Assembly: GCA_964458305.1 (NCBI GenBank)
Contig: CAYWIH010000002.1
Location: forward strand, 32,599-96,598
Direction of reading: 5' to 3'
DNA length: 64,000 bases
Source: an uncultured bacterium
GTDB taxonomy: Bacteria > Cyanobacteriota > Cyanobacteriia > Cyanobacteriales > JASJDA01
Below, piece by piece: positions 55,310 to 64,000 of this stretch. Numbering within the stretch: the stretch's first letter is position 1; every line of letters begins with the position of its first letter. The translations under genes were made by a program, and so were the position numbers. The notes below the pieces were generated by a model. It had not been told where the DNA came from. It was given only the letters and a program-made list of their open reading frames with translations, and searched no databases.

Positions 55310-58216
55310 ATGACTCAGCAAAAAGAACGCGCCAAATCATCCCTCAAAGAGGGAGACAAATTAGACTTAGACGGTCTACAACTGAGATTCTCAGAAAAAT
55401 CAAAATCCCAATTAAAAACCAAAGCCACTGTCATAGCAAGCATATTAGGTATAATACCGGCTTTGATAATTGGAGGATCTACTTACTATTTTGCCGGCCG
55501 AGCTATCGATGAGGAGATTGTCAGAGTAGAACGAGAAGAAAATCAAGTTTTAGTTGCCAATAAATTAGAACAGCAAAGACAACTACTGACAATATTGTCC
55601 TTCACAACGGTAATTGCAGCATTATTCGGAGGCGGGATCGTCGGTTTTTGGACTAATCGTGCCATTAATTCGGCAATGAAAATTGCTAAAAACTCTAGCC
55701 AGTTGTCACCAGAGGCAGCAAAAACAGAGAGAACCGAATTATTAACAGAAGCGATCGGCCACATTCGTGCTTGTATCAAAGAGCAAGATATTCTCGATGC
55801 AACGGTAGAAGAGCTACAAAGAATTCTCAAATGCGATCGAGCAGTCGTTTATTCCCTCGAAGCAGAATCTCGAGCTACAGTAGTGGCTGAAGCCGTTCAA
55901 CCGCGCTGGCCCAGAGCTTTGGGACGGAAGATCGAAGATCCTTGTTTTGATGCTAAATACGCTAAAGAATATGAAAACGGTCGAGTTAGGGCGATCGAAA
56001 ATATTGATAATAGCGGCATGACTCGGTGTTACATCGACCAACTCAAAAAATTTAAAGTTAAAGCTAATTTAGTTACTCCTATTGTCAGCGAAGGAAAATT
56101 GTTGGGTTTGTTAGTAGCTCATCAATGCGACGGCCCCCGATATTGGCAGCAGTGGGAAGTCGATCTGACGGCTCAGCTGGCATCCCAAGTCGGTTTTGCT
56201 CTCGATAACGCTCGAGTTTTAGAACGAGCCACTCAAATCCAAAAACAGTTAGAAAACGAAACAGAATGGACGCAGTATTTTACCGATGCGATCGGCTATA
56301 TTCGCGCTTCCTTGCAAGAAACAGAACTGCTCAAAGCCGTTGTTAAAGAAGTTCGCGGAGTTCTCAGTTGCGATCGAGTGGTAATTTATGGTTTAGAAGC
56401 AGAAAATCGCGGCGTAGTAATTGCAGAATCGGTTACTCCGCGCTGGCCGAGAGCTTTAGGGCGCAAGATCGACGATCCTTGTTTTGATGCAAAATACGCC
56501 AAAGAATATGAAAACGGTCGAGTTAGGGCGATCGATAATATTTATGAAGCGGGGATGACTCCTTGTTACATCGAACAGTTAGCAAGATTGGAAGTTAAAG
56601 CTAATTTAGTCGCTCCCATTCTCAATGAAGGAAAATTATTGGGTTTGCTAGTAGCTCACCAATGCGACGAACCTCGATTTTGGCAACAATTAGAAATTAG
56701 ATGGTTCGCTCAAATTGCCATTCAAGTCGGTTTTGCGATCGATAACGCTCGAGTTTTAGCAAAATCTAACCAGATCCAAAAACAACTAGAAACTGAAATC
56801 GAGCGAAATGAGTTTTTTACAAATGCGATCGGACATATTCGCAGTTGTATTTCAGAACAAGGAATTATCGAGATTTCCGTTGAAGAAGTCCAAAAAATTC
56901 TTAATTGCGATCGAGTGGTAATTTATGGACTAGAAGCAGAAAATCGCGGTGTGGTAATTGCCGAAGCAGTCCAACCACGCTGGCCCAGAGCTTTGGGAAG
57001 AACGATTAAAGATCCTTGTTTCGATGCAAAATACGAAACAGAATATCTCAACGGCAGAGTTCGGGCGATCGATAATATTTATGAAGCAGGGATGACTTCT
57101 TGTTATGTCGAACAGTTAGAAAGATTGGAAGTTAAAGCTAATTTAGTCGCCCCAATCATCAAAGAAGGAAAATTATTGGGTTTGCTAGTAGCCCATCAAT
57201 GCGAAGCACCTAGAGTTTGGCAAGAATTAGAAATTAATTGGTTCGCTCAGCTAGCAGTGCAAATCGGCTTTGCAATCGATAATGCCCGTATTTCAGAGCG
57301 TTATGCTGCAATGGAGAAAAAACTAGCGCAAATGTCTCGAGACGATGTATTTATGGCTCGAGCCGAGCTACAAGATGGACATTTATTGCAAGCTGAGTTA
57401 CCGCAACTCTCAGGCCGCAGCGACATCGATATTGAGAATTTTTTAGCCAGGATCGAAACTCAAGAACAAACGATCGCTTCTTTTGCCGATCGCATTCAAG
57501 AAATAGTTAATTATAGCTCCGAGCTGGCCGAGGGAGTAGAATTACTAGATCGCAATGCTCGCGAAGATCTTAACGATTTAAACATCTTGAGAGAGCCGAT
57601 CGAACGATCTTTAGATAATGGAGGTGCGATCGCAACTACAATCGAGGGAACTACACAAGCGATCGATAAAGCGAAATCTCTTTTTAACCAACTCAAGGAG
57701 ATAGAGAGTTTAATTAGCGATTTTGGCGAACGCATTAACGAACAAACTATGAATTTAATTATTGAAGTTGGTAAGGGCGAACAACAGCTCGATCGCGATT
57801 CGATCGCCGGGATGGCCGATCTAATTTATGCTTCGACTCAGCAATTAACTTCTACAGTTGGAGAAATTAAACCAGTAGTTAGCGAAATCGATCGCCATAG
57901 CGCAGAAATTACTGCAGGAGTCGATAGTTGGCAACAACAAGATTCCCAGCAAAGGCAATTATGGCAACAGATCGATTCTCAATTCCAAAAACTGCTTGCA
58001 GAATCCGACGAGCGAATTAATTGCCTCGATCGAGTTACTAAAACTGCTGCAATTCAATTGCAAACTTCAACCACAGCTAACCAATCTCTTTTAGAATTAA
58101 GTTCTCTTGCCAAACAGACTTCAGAACAATCTAGCCTCTTAGCTAACTATCTTAACGAGCTAAAATCATTCGCCCTGAGAATCCATAATTCTCCAGTCGA
58201 ACCACCTAGAAATTAA
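55310..58216 (+). CDS. PixJ-like photoreceptor: two TM helices + three DXCF-type cyanobacteriochrome GAF domains + divergent MCP signalling domain
   Basis: Each GAF has DPCF and a second Cys exactly 28 residues later (DPCFDAKYAKEYENGRVRAI.NI...GMT.CY), then LLGLLVAHQC. C-terminal coiled-coil region with ERINEQTMNLIIEVGKGEQ in place of the MCP hairpin-tip consensus. Confidence 0.8.
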   Translation: MTQQKERAKSSLKEGDKLDLDGLQLRFSEKSKSQLKTKATVIASILGIIPALIIGGSTYYFAGRAIDEEIVRVEREENQVLVANKLEQQRQLLTILSFTTVIAALFGGGIVGFWTNRAINSAMKIAKNSSQLSPEAAKTERTELLTEAIGHIRACIKEQDILDATVEELQRILKCDRAVVYSLEAESRATVVAEAVQPRWPRALGRKIEDPCFDAKYAKEYENGRVRAIENIDNSGMTRCYIDQLKKFKVKANLVTPIVSEGKLLGLLVAHQCDGPRYWQQWEVDLTAQLASQVGFALDNARVLERATQIQKQLENETEWTQYFTDAIGYIRASLQETELLKAVVKEVRGVLSCDRVVIYGLEAENRGVVIAESVTPRWPRALGRKIDDPCFDAKYAKEYENGRVRAIDNIYEAGMTPCYIEQLARLEVKANLVAPILNEGKLLGLLVAHQCDEPRFWQQLEIRWFAQIAIQVGFAIDNARVLAKSNQIQKQLETEIERNEFFTNAIGHIRSCISEQGIIEISVEEVQKILNCDRVVIYGLEAENRGVVIAEAVQPRWPRALGRTIKDPCFDAKYETEYLNGRVRAIDNIYEAGMTSCYVEQLERLEVKANLVAPIIKEGKLLGLLVAHQCEAPRVWQELEINWFAQLAVQIGFAIDNARISERYAAMEKKLAQMSRDDVFMARAELQDGHLLQAELPQLSGRSDIDIENFLARIETQEQTIASFADRIQEIVNYSSELAEGVELLDRNAREDLNDLNILREPIERSLDNGGAIATTIEGTTQAIDKAKSLFNQLKEIESLISDFGERINEQTMNLIIEVGKGEQQLDRDSIAGMADLIYASTQQLTSTVGEIKPVVSEIDRHSAEITAGVDSWQQQDSQQRQLWQQIDSQFQKLLAESDERINCLDRVTKTAAIQLQTSTTANQSLLELSSLAKQTSEQSSLLANYLNELKSFALRIHNSPVEPPRN
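55745..57355 (+). repeat. Three tandem 537-bp (179-codon) coding repeats = the three GAF modules
   Basis: Landmarks recur at exactly +537: GCGATCGG at 55751/56288/56825, and CC(G/A)CGCTGGCC at 55901/56438/56975. Long stretches are nearly identical. Confidence 0.9.
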
Positions 58217-58222
58217 TTTACA

Positions 58223-60034
58223 ATGTTATCCATTATGGCCCTCTCTTGGGAAGTCGATCGAGAAATTTACCAAATTTTTATTCAAGAAACCCTTCAATTA
58301 TTGGAGCAGATTGAAGAGATTTTGGTGGGTTTCGATCGCGATTGGAATCAAACTAAAATTGAAGAACTTGTCCGTGCGGCCCATACAATTAAAGGGGGTG
58401 CGGCCCAAATTGAATTTAGCGAAACTCAAATCATAGCAGCTCGTCTCGAAGTTTTTTTTCGCCGTCTCAAGCACGAATCTGTTAAAGTAGATCTCGATTT
58501 GTTAAACCTTTTAATCGAAGGCTACGAGTTATTAAGGTTATCGGTAATAACTCGCATTGAAAATAACGGCCATCTCGATAATAGTGAAGATTTAATATTT
58601 CGATCGGAATCTATTTTTACTCAGCTAGAGGCGATTCTCGAAGACAACTCAGCCGCAGAAGATCGCAATATTCCTAAAATTACCGATGTCGAACCAGATC
58701 TTAAAAATTTAATTTGCAATACAGAAATAGCTGAAGCTCTCGAAGATCTCGATCGGGTTTTAATCGAAGCAAGCGAAGCAGATATCTTAAGCCAACTTCA
58801 AGATCGGATCGCAATTTTCCTCGATTTAGGGACAGTTTTAGGCATATCTGAATTTGTTACTATCGCCCAAACTACTCGAGCTACTTTAGAAGCAAGTCCT
58901 CAAGCGGCTCGAAATATCGGTCAGTTAGCTAAAGTTGGTTTTCAAGCTGCCTTACAAGCATTATTAAACGATAATAACCAAAATAGTAATCCCCCTTCCT
59001 TATCTAATGGTTCGATCGAGGATTGGGAAAATTTGGAGATAGATTTATTTTCACCAGATTTAGATCCGATTGTTTTCCAAAATTCGATCGAGCGAGCAAA
59101 ATCAGTTTTTTTAGAAGATTCTCAAGCTCTCAAACCGCCAAAATTACCAGCTGTAGCGGTTAAGAAAGAATTACATTATAACATTAGCAAATCTTTAGTT
59201 TGGCAGTTTCAGAATAATGTTTTTATCTTACCCTACAGAAAAATCGAAAAGAATTTAAGTGCTAAATTTGTTAAATTTATTTACTCGGATGGTGAGAAAT
59301 ATTTACGCTGGCAATCTCAATTGCTTCAAGTTTACCAACTATCTGAATTACTGAGTTATCAATACCCGCAAACTGCGCTCGAACCAAGCAAACAAAAAAA
59401 AGATTCTTCGATCTTAATAATCAATTTTCGCTCCCTGATTATTGCCTTAGAAATACGGATCGATCGCATATTTACTGCTTCAGAATTAACAATTAAACCT
59501 TTCAGCCTCGCTCTAACTCCACCTAATTATATTTATGGCTGCATCATCTTAGCAAATTCATCTTTAGCTTGCGCGATCGACGTTCCTTTATTATTAACTT
59601 TGACCTTCGATAGTCCTCAAAACACAAGTAATTCTCTCGATCGAGTTAATTCAAATAATAATAAACAACCGACTATTTTAGTAGTCGATGATTCTTCTGC
59701 TTGGAGACAAACGTTATTATTAGCCTTACAAAAAAAAGGTTATAAAGTCCTACAATCAGCAGATGGAAAAGAAGCGATCGAACAATTACAAAATAACTCC
59801 CAAATTCAATTAATTATCAGCGATTTAGAAATGCCTTATATCAATGGCTTCGAATTGCTTGCTTACTGTCGCGAAGATCTATTATTAAAGGAATTGCCAT
59901 TTATTTTATTAACTACTCGCAACAGCGATCGATATCGAAAGCAGGCAAAAGAATTAGGAGTTACGGAATATTTTACTAAACCTTATAACGAGTCAGAATT
60001 ATTAGATGCTTTGCAATCTTATTTACAGTCTTAG
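58223..60034 (+). CDS. CheA-like scaffold lacking the kinase core: Hpt + CheW-like + receiver domains
   Basis: Hpt motif LVRAAHTIKGGAAQ. CheW-like region (LVWQFQNNVFILPY...ILIINFRSLIIALEIRIDRI...). C-terminal receiver ILVVDDSSAWRQ...LIISDLEMPYINGFEL...ILLTT...FTKPY. No N/G1/G2 ATPase boxes seen. Confidence 0.75.
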   Translation: MLSIMALSWEVDREIYQIFIQETLQLLEQIEEILVGFDRDWNQTKIEELVRAAHTIKGGAAQIEFSETQIIAARLEVFFRRLKHESVKVDLDLLNLLIEGYELLRLSVITRIENNGHLDNSEDLIFRSESIFTQLEAILEDNSAAEDRNIPKITDVEPDLKNLICNTEIAEALEDLDRVLIEASEADILSQLQDRIAIFLDLGTVLGISEFVTIAQTTRATLEASPQAARNIGQLAKVGFQAALQALLNDNNQNSNPPSLSNGSIEDWENLEIDLFSPDLDPIVFQNSIERAKSVFLEDSQALKPPKLPAVAVKKELHYNISKSLVWQFQNNVFILPYRKIEKNLSAKFVKFIYSDGEKYLRWQSQLLQVYQLSELLSYQYPQTALEPSKQKKDSSILIINFRSLIIALEIRIDRIFTASELTIKPFSLALTPPNYIYGCIILANSSLACAIDVPLLLTLTFDSPQNTSNSLDRVNSNNNKQPTILVVDDSSAWRQTLLLALQKKGYKVLQSADGKEAIEQLQNNSQIQLIISDLEMPYINGFELLAYCREDLLLKELPFILLTTRNSDRYRKQAKELGVTEYFTKPYNESELLDALQSYLQS

Positions 60035-60438
60035 TATCCGATCTAAATAGAAGCATTTAATGATTAGGGGGACAGGGGGAGTAAGAAATGGAGAGAATTC
60101 ATTTGGCAATAGTTTTCAAATGAAGAACCATATTTTAAACCCTCTCAATTATTATCATCTAATTTAGTCCGTTAGTTTTTTAAAGAATACTATTAAGCAA
60201 ATTTAGAACAACAAAAGTTTGTTATTTGAGTTCATTAAAAATTAAAATTCTATAGAATAATTAGCTAATTAAATTCTCTTAATATAAAAAATATAAAGTT
60301 ATTTCTAAATCCGTATTTATCTCACTTGTTACGAATTTTTACTTGAAATATATTGATATATAGAATTAACTTTTAGGCTTTCTAGAAAACTCTTAAAAAT
60401 TAGTTTTCGCTTAAAAATAATAAACAGGAATAAATATA

Positions 60439-60795
60439 ATGCTTAAAAAAATTGGCTTAATATCAATTGCCATTATTTGCTTTGGATGCTCTAATTTTGA
60501 ATCTTCAGAAGATAAAACATTTAAAAAAATATTGGATAATTGGATATCGACAAGTCACGACCCTAAAATAAAGCAATATTTTTCTAATAAAATTAGATAT
60601 AAACAAGCTAAAAAATCAGCATTATACTATTGCAAACTTAAAAGAAAACATGGTAAAGAAATTGCCAAATATATGTTTTTAAATAAAAGTTTAGAATTGA
60701 GCTTACAAGAAAATCAAAAAGATACTTCTAATCTTTTTTTAGTAAATTTATATATTGAAAACTCTGCCGATTTAAGCTATTGTCCTGATAAATAA
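60439..60795 (+). CDS. Small putative lipoprotein (118 aa)
   Basis: MLKKIGLISIAIICFG-C lipobox-like signal. Lys-rich mature part. AGGA RBS. Confidence 0.45.
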   Translation: MLKKIGLISIAIICFGCSNFESSEDKTFKKILDNWISTSHDPKIKQYFSNKIRYKQAKKSALYYCKLKRKHGKEIAKYMFLNKSLELSLQENQKDTSNLFLVNLYIENSADLSYCPDK

Positions 60796-60988
60796 GTTCC
60801 TGCTGCGGTCATAGGTCTAAACTTACCTATCAAACCTTACTAATTTTAACGTGAGTTCGATGAAGTTAGACAGCTTTAAATCAAATGTACTCGGAGCTAT
60901 ACTGATGCGTCTGCGTATTGGTATAGCCGGATCTGCCTTGATTTCAGCTCTTTTTGTTTCGTCGAACTCACGTAAACAAAGTCTCTTA

Positions 60989-61849
60989 TTATTTTTGAGA
61001 AATGGTATTACTACGATCGCGTTTAATTATTGAATAATTATCTTGAGTAGAAATAAATGGCAGCAATAAGATCCAATGTAATTTTTGAACTTGAAGATTT
61101 TCTTGGTATTCTTGTAAGCCGATCGACATCTTTTCTTGACTAACACGAGAATTATGGCGATACGTGCCAAATAAATAATCCCACCAAGGCAAATTAAAGC
61201 CAAAATTACTATTAGTTTCGCATTCAATAATTGAATGATGAATTCTATGCATATCTGGCGTAACTAGAAACCATCTTAATCGACGATCTAATTGCTGTGG
61301 CAGCAAAATATTGCCGTGATTGAACATTGACGTTCCATTTAGTAAAATTTCAAACAAAACTACAGCCAAAACCGGAGTTCCCAATAATACTATTGCAGCG
61401 ATCTTAATTACCATTGAAAGCAAGATTTCAAGGGGATGAAAACGCAAACCAGTACTGACATCAAAATCTCGATCGCCATGATGGATTTTATGCAAATGCC
61501 ATAAATTTGGTAAAGCATGAAACATAACGTGCTGAAGATAGATCGCTAAATCCAATCCTATTATTGATAGTAAAACTACTTGCCAATTTGCTAGATCGAT
61601 ATTATTCAATAAACCCCAACTATTTCGATCGGCATATATCGCCATACTCACCGCACTAGCTGGAAATATTACTCGCAAGACAATTGTATTTAAAGCTACT
61701 AATCCTAAATTATTCAACCAACGCATTCTTTTAGAAATAGATAAATTCCGGCGTGGTGCTAATATTTCCCATAAACTCACTATTAAAAAAATGCCGCAGA
61801 AACAACTTAAGCGTATTATCGGCTCATTATTTAGTAGGTTAGATTCCAT
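60989..61849 (-). CDS. Fatty acid hydroxylase / sterol desaturase superfamily membrane protein
   Basis: Histidine boxes HVMFHALPNLWHLHKIHHGD and HRIHHS in a polytopic membrane protein of 286 aa. Confidence 0.8.
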   Translation of the reverse strand: MESNLLNNEPIIRLSCFCGIFLIVSLWEILAPRRNLSISKRMRWLNNLGLVALNTIVLRVIFPASAVSMAIYADRNSWGLLNNIDLANWQVVLLSIIGLDLAIYLQHVMFHALPNLWHLHKIHHGDRDFDVSTGLRFHPLEILLSMVIKIAAIVLLGTPVLAVVLFEILLNGTSMFNHGNILLPQQLDRRLRWFLVTPDMHRIHHSIIECETNSNFGFNLPWWDYLFGTYRHNSRVSQEKMSIGLQEYQENLQVQKLHWILLLPFISTQDNYSIIKRDRSNTISQK

Positions 61850-61864
61850 TGCTTGCTAGAGATA

Positions 61865-64000
61865 TTATTTTAATTGACGATCGCGCGGGAGAATATCAAA
61901 AATTAAGTGAATGCGCCAGTCATCGGATTGATTGATGGCTTCGTGGGGTTGTTTATTATCAAACCACCAAAGTTCTCCTTCTTGCATGGCAATCCATTCT
62001 TCACCCGCTCCTAAAAGACTACCAGCAGGACTTTGCAAGACCAAATGATAGCGATCGCGCAGTTGATAGTAACTACCCAGATCGATATGGCGATAAACCC
62101 GGCCGTGAGGTTTTAAACGCACGATCGTCGCTCTTGCTAATTCTCCATCAATGCTTTCGGCAAAGCTTTTGAGCCAATTGAAGACTTGGGGGAATTTTTC
62201 GGCTGCTTTGGTGGTGCGACTTTCGTGTACGTCATTGCTGCTGGTAATTCCTGGTGGAAATGGTTTTAGCGCGCTGCGAAGATAAATAGTGTTGGTTTCT
62301 CGCTGTACTTTAATTTTGTTCTGCCGACTGGTATCTTGAAGCCAGAGATCGGTATTATTGTTAATTTCCCTTAAGAATGGTTCGATCTCAACTCGGGAAT
62401 TTAGCAGACGAAAATTTTTTAAGTCTTTGGGTAGATTTGAACTCGAGCCGACTCCCGAGCGATCGGGCAAACGATCGACTGTAATTTTCTGGTTTGCTTC
62501 GCGATCGAATTTAGTAAATCTTTCAATTTTTAACAATGCCATCAAGCAATGTTGCACGTTATCGACTCTGATCGTATTATCATACACTGTAGTACGAATT
62601 GCGCCATGAACTCGAGATCGCTTTGAGATGTAAAAAAGATCGATATCATCGCGAAATTGTAATTGACGGATGCTGCGAATTCCTCGCCAAATAACTTCTT
62701 TATAGATGCTAGCCCGATCGCGATCGCCTGTTTGAATTGCTAATTGATAAGCATCGGCTAAACCTTCTAAATATACTCCGGTAGAAGAAGCATGAGGTGG
62801 CCCGTATTCGGGGCGATCTCGGTTGTAAAATCTTCCTTGTAAGTCTTGGTATTTAGCTCCATTCCACTCTTGCATCGATAGCAGCCAGTCGTTCATTTCC
62901 CAGATAAATTCTAAAAATTGGCTGTCTTTAGTTGCATTGTAGAGCAGAGTGTAAGCTTGAGTGTGCCAAGGTATAAAAGCAGGATTGGGATTATTGCGAT
63001 GCCAATTTCGATAATAATTAAAACTTTTATAACATTTTTCTAATAGGTTTGGATCTCGGTTTTTTTGATAAAGAGATGCCCAAAATAATAATGCTTCGCC
63101 AGGATAGAAATTTTGATTGTCGTTGCGATCGCCCGGCTGGTAAAAAGTCCGAAAAGATCCGTCAGGTTGCCAGAGCAAATCGATACATTTACAAAGTCGA
63201 TCGAAAATCTCGGCATAGTCTCGATCTATTTTTATTTTCCCGTCTCGTTCTGAATATTCTAAAATTGCTAAAGCTGCTAAAGATACTGCTCCTAATTTTA
63301 TTTTTCCCTCGTATTCGACTGCGCCAATTTCTCCTTCTCTTCGATAAAACTTTTTGAGATTGTAGTTAAGATTGTGACCTGCTAAAATCCAACAATCTGG
63401 GCGATTTGTAAATTTTGCGTAGCGAATTAGGCTTAAGGTTGCCATAAATTGGCGAATTAAATTATTAGCACTCGATTCTTGTCCGCGACTGGGAAAATAT
63501 TTATAAGTCATGCGCCCGTCTTCTTGTATTTGGCGCAACAACCAGTTTGCCATCGTTTCTACCATCTTGCTAACTTCCTGTTTAGAAAGTTCTCGATCGC
63601 CAAAAATACGATTACCGCGGTGGAGAGTAGTGACAGTTATTTCTGGAGTTAATTTAATTAGGATTTGTTGGGCATCAAATGTTTGAATAACTCCCCCTTT
63701 GCGGGCGAATGTTTCTGCGGAAATAGATTCATCTTTTAAAAATGATTCCCAGATTTTTTTAAAGCTGAGATTGCGGGCGATCGCGCTAGTCGGACTGTAA
63801 CGTTTAATTGTATCTTGATATTGTAATTCTATGCCGCGAATACCTCTATATACGTTACTGAAAATACGTTTAAATTTTGATGGTTCGACTAATTGATAGT
63901 TATAGGTAAAGCAAAGTTCGATCGTATCTATGCCTCTTGCTGAAGCGATCGAAGCTAAACCATATATTTCCAAAGCCTGGCTAATAGTTTGTTCTAAAAT
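61865..64000 (-). CDS. Fusion protein: alpha/alpha-toroid-like region + C-terminal aspartyl/asparaginyl beta-hydroxylase (cupin) domain; 5' end probably beyond the right edge
   Basis: C-terminus LKPHGRVYRHIDLG...RYHLVLQSP...WWFDNKQPHEAINQSDDWRIHLIFD is the Asp/Asn-hydroxylase/LpxO-type signature. The track start (63973) is a TTG, and the frame stays open to position 64000. Confidence 0.65.
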   Translation of the reverse strand: MLEQTISQALEIYGLASIASARGIDTIELCFTYNYQLVEPSKFKRIFSNVYRGIRGIELQYQDTIKRYSPTSAIARNLSFKKIWESFLKDESISAETFARKGGVIQTFDAQQILIKLTPEITVTTLHRGNRIFGDRELSKQEVSKMVETMANWLLRQIQEDGRMTYKYFPSRGQESSANNLIRQFMATLSLIRYAKFTNRPDCWILAGHNLNYNLKKFYRREGEIGAVEYEGKIKLGAVSLAALAILEYSERDGKIKIDRDYAEIFDRLCKCIDLLWQPDGSFRTFYQPGDRNDNQNFYPGEALLFWASLYQKNRDPNLLEKCYKSFNYYRNWHRNNPNPAFIPWHTQAYTLLYNATKDSQFLEFIWEMNDWLLSMQEWNGAKYQDLQGRFYNRDRPEYGPPHASSTGVYLEGLADAYQLAIQTGDRDRASIYKEVIWRGIRSIRQLQFRDDIDLFYISKRSRVHGAIRTTVYDNTIRVDNVQHCLMALLKIERFTKFDREANQKITVDRLPDRSGVGSSSNLPKDLKNFRLLNSRVEIEPFLREINNNTDLWLQDTSRQNKIKVQRETNTIYLRSALKPFPPGITSSNDVHESRTTKAAEKFPQVFNWLKSFAESIDGELARATIVRLKPHGRVYRHIDLGSYYQLRDRYHLVLQSPAGSLLGAGEEWIAMQEGELWWFDNKQPHEAINQSDDWRIHLIFDILPRDRQLK

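Noticed and set aside
1-60034. Treating the PatA-type regulator at the left edge and the CheY at 38430 as parts of the same phototaxis operon as the pixJ-like genes
   Set aside because: They are 54 kb and 16 kb away, with many unrelated genes between. No operon-level linkage can be claimed from this window.
60851-61227. ORFs 60851..61033(+) and 61027..61227(-)
   Set aside because: They are short and overlap the 3' end or an alternative frame of the His-box hydroxylase gene. No supporting signals.

Overview
Cyanobacterial chromosomal window. The HIP1 octamer GCGATCGC is scattered through genes and spacers, and phycobilisome, petM and pixJ-like genes are present. The DNA is AT-rich, with about 50 supportable genes. 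All calls come from reading motifs by eye; no searches were run.

Left to right:
- A PatA-type regulator cut by the left edge, an OmpR-type regulator, an RCK K+ channel, argD and a pentapeptide-repeat protein.
- A Wzx/Wzy-type exopolysaccharide island with two sulfotransferases and a clan GH-A lipoprotein (6.5-17.1 kb).
- A 1.3 kb ORF-free leader with an attenuator-like terminator and a decayed copy of the downstream gene start.
- An orphan biosynthetic cluster (18.4-33.2 kb): MIO ammonia-lyase, acyl-CoA ligase, ThDP enzyme, KAS III-like enzyme, P450, membrane-anchored sulfotransferase, MATE exporter, T-protein-like TyrA and a DevB/DevC exporter. Its core matches furanolide (cyanobacterin-type) logic, but the tailoring genes are a P450 and a sulfotransferase.
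- A minus-strand operon of two DUF4140/DUF4139 (MuiA-like) paralogs plus a MerR regulator. The larger paralog carries an in-frame copy of the ribosomal bL12 (L7/L12) hinge and C-terminal domain. This is my top candidate for an undescribed system.
- A mixed block: CheY, an RRM protein, an RTX protein with a fresh internal duplication, a histidine phosphatase, a possibly frameshifted orphan gene pair, petM (missed by the ORF track) and pdxA.
- A phycobilisome cluster: S-type lyase, pebA, pebB, cpcL, cpcB, cpcA, cpcE, cpcF.
- A phototaxis-like pair: an MCP with three tandem DXCF cyanobacteriochrome GAF domains that read Cys-Tyr instead of Cys-His, and a kinase-less Hpt-CheW-REC protein.
- A lipid-hydroxylase-like pair at the right edge.

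No rRNA, tRNA, CRISPR array, transposase or integrase was recognised.
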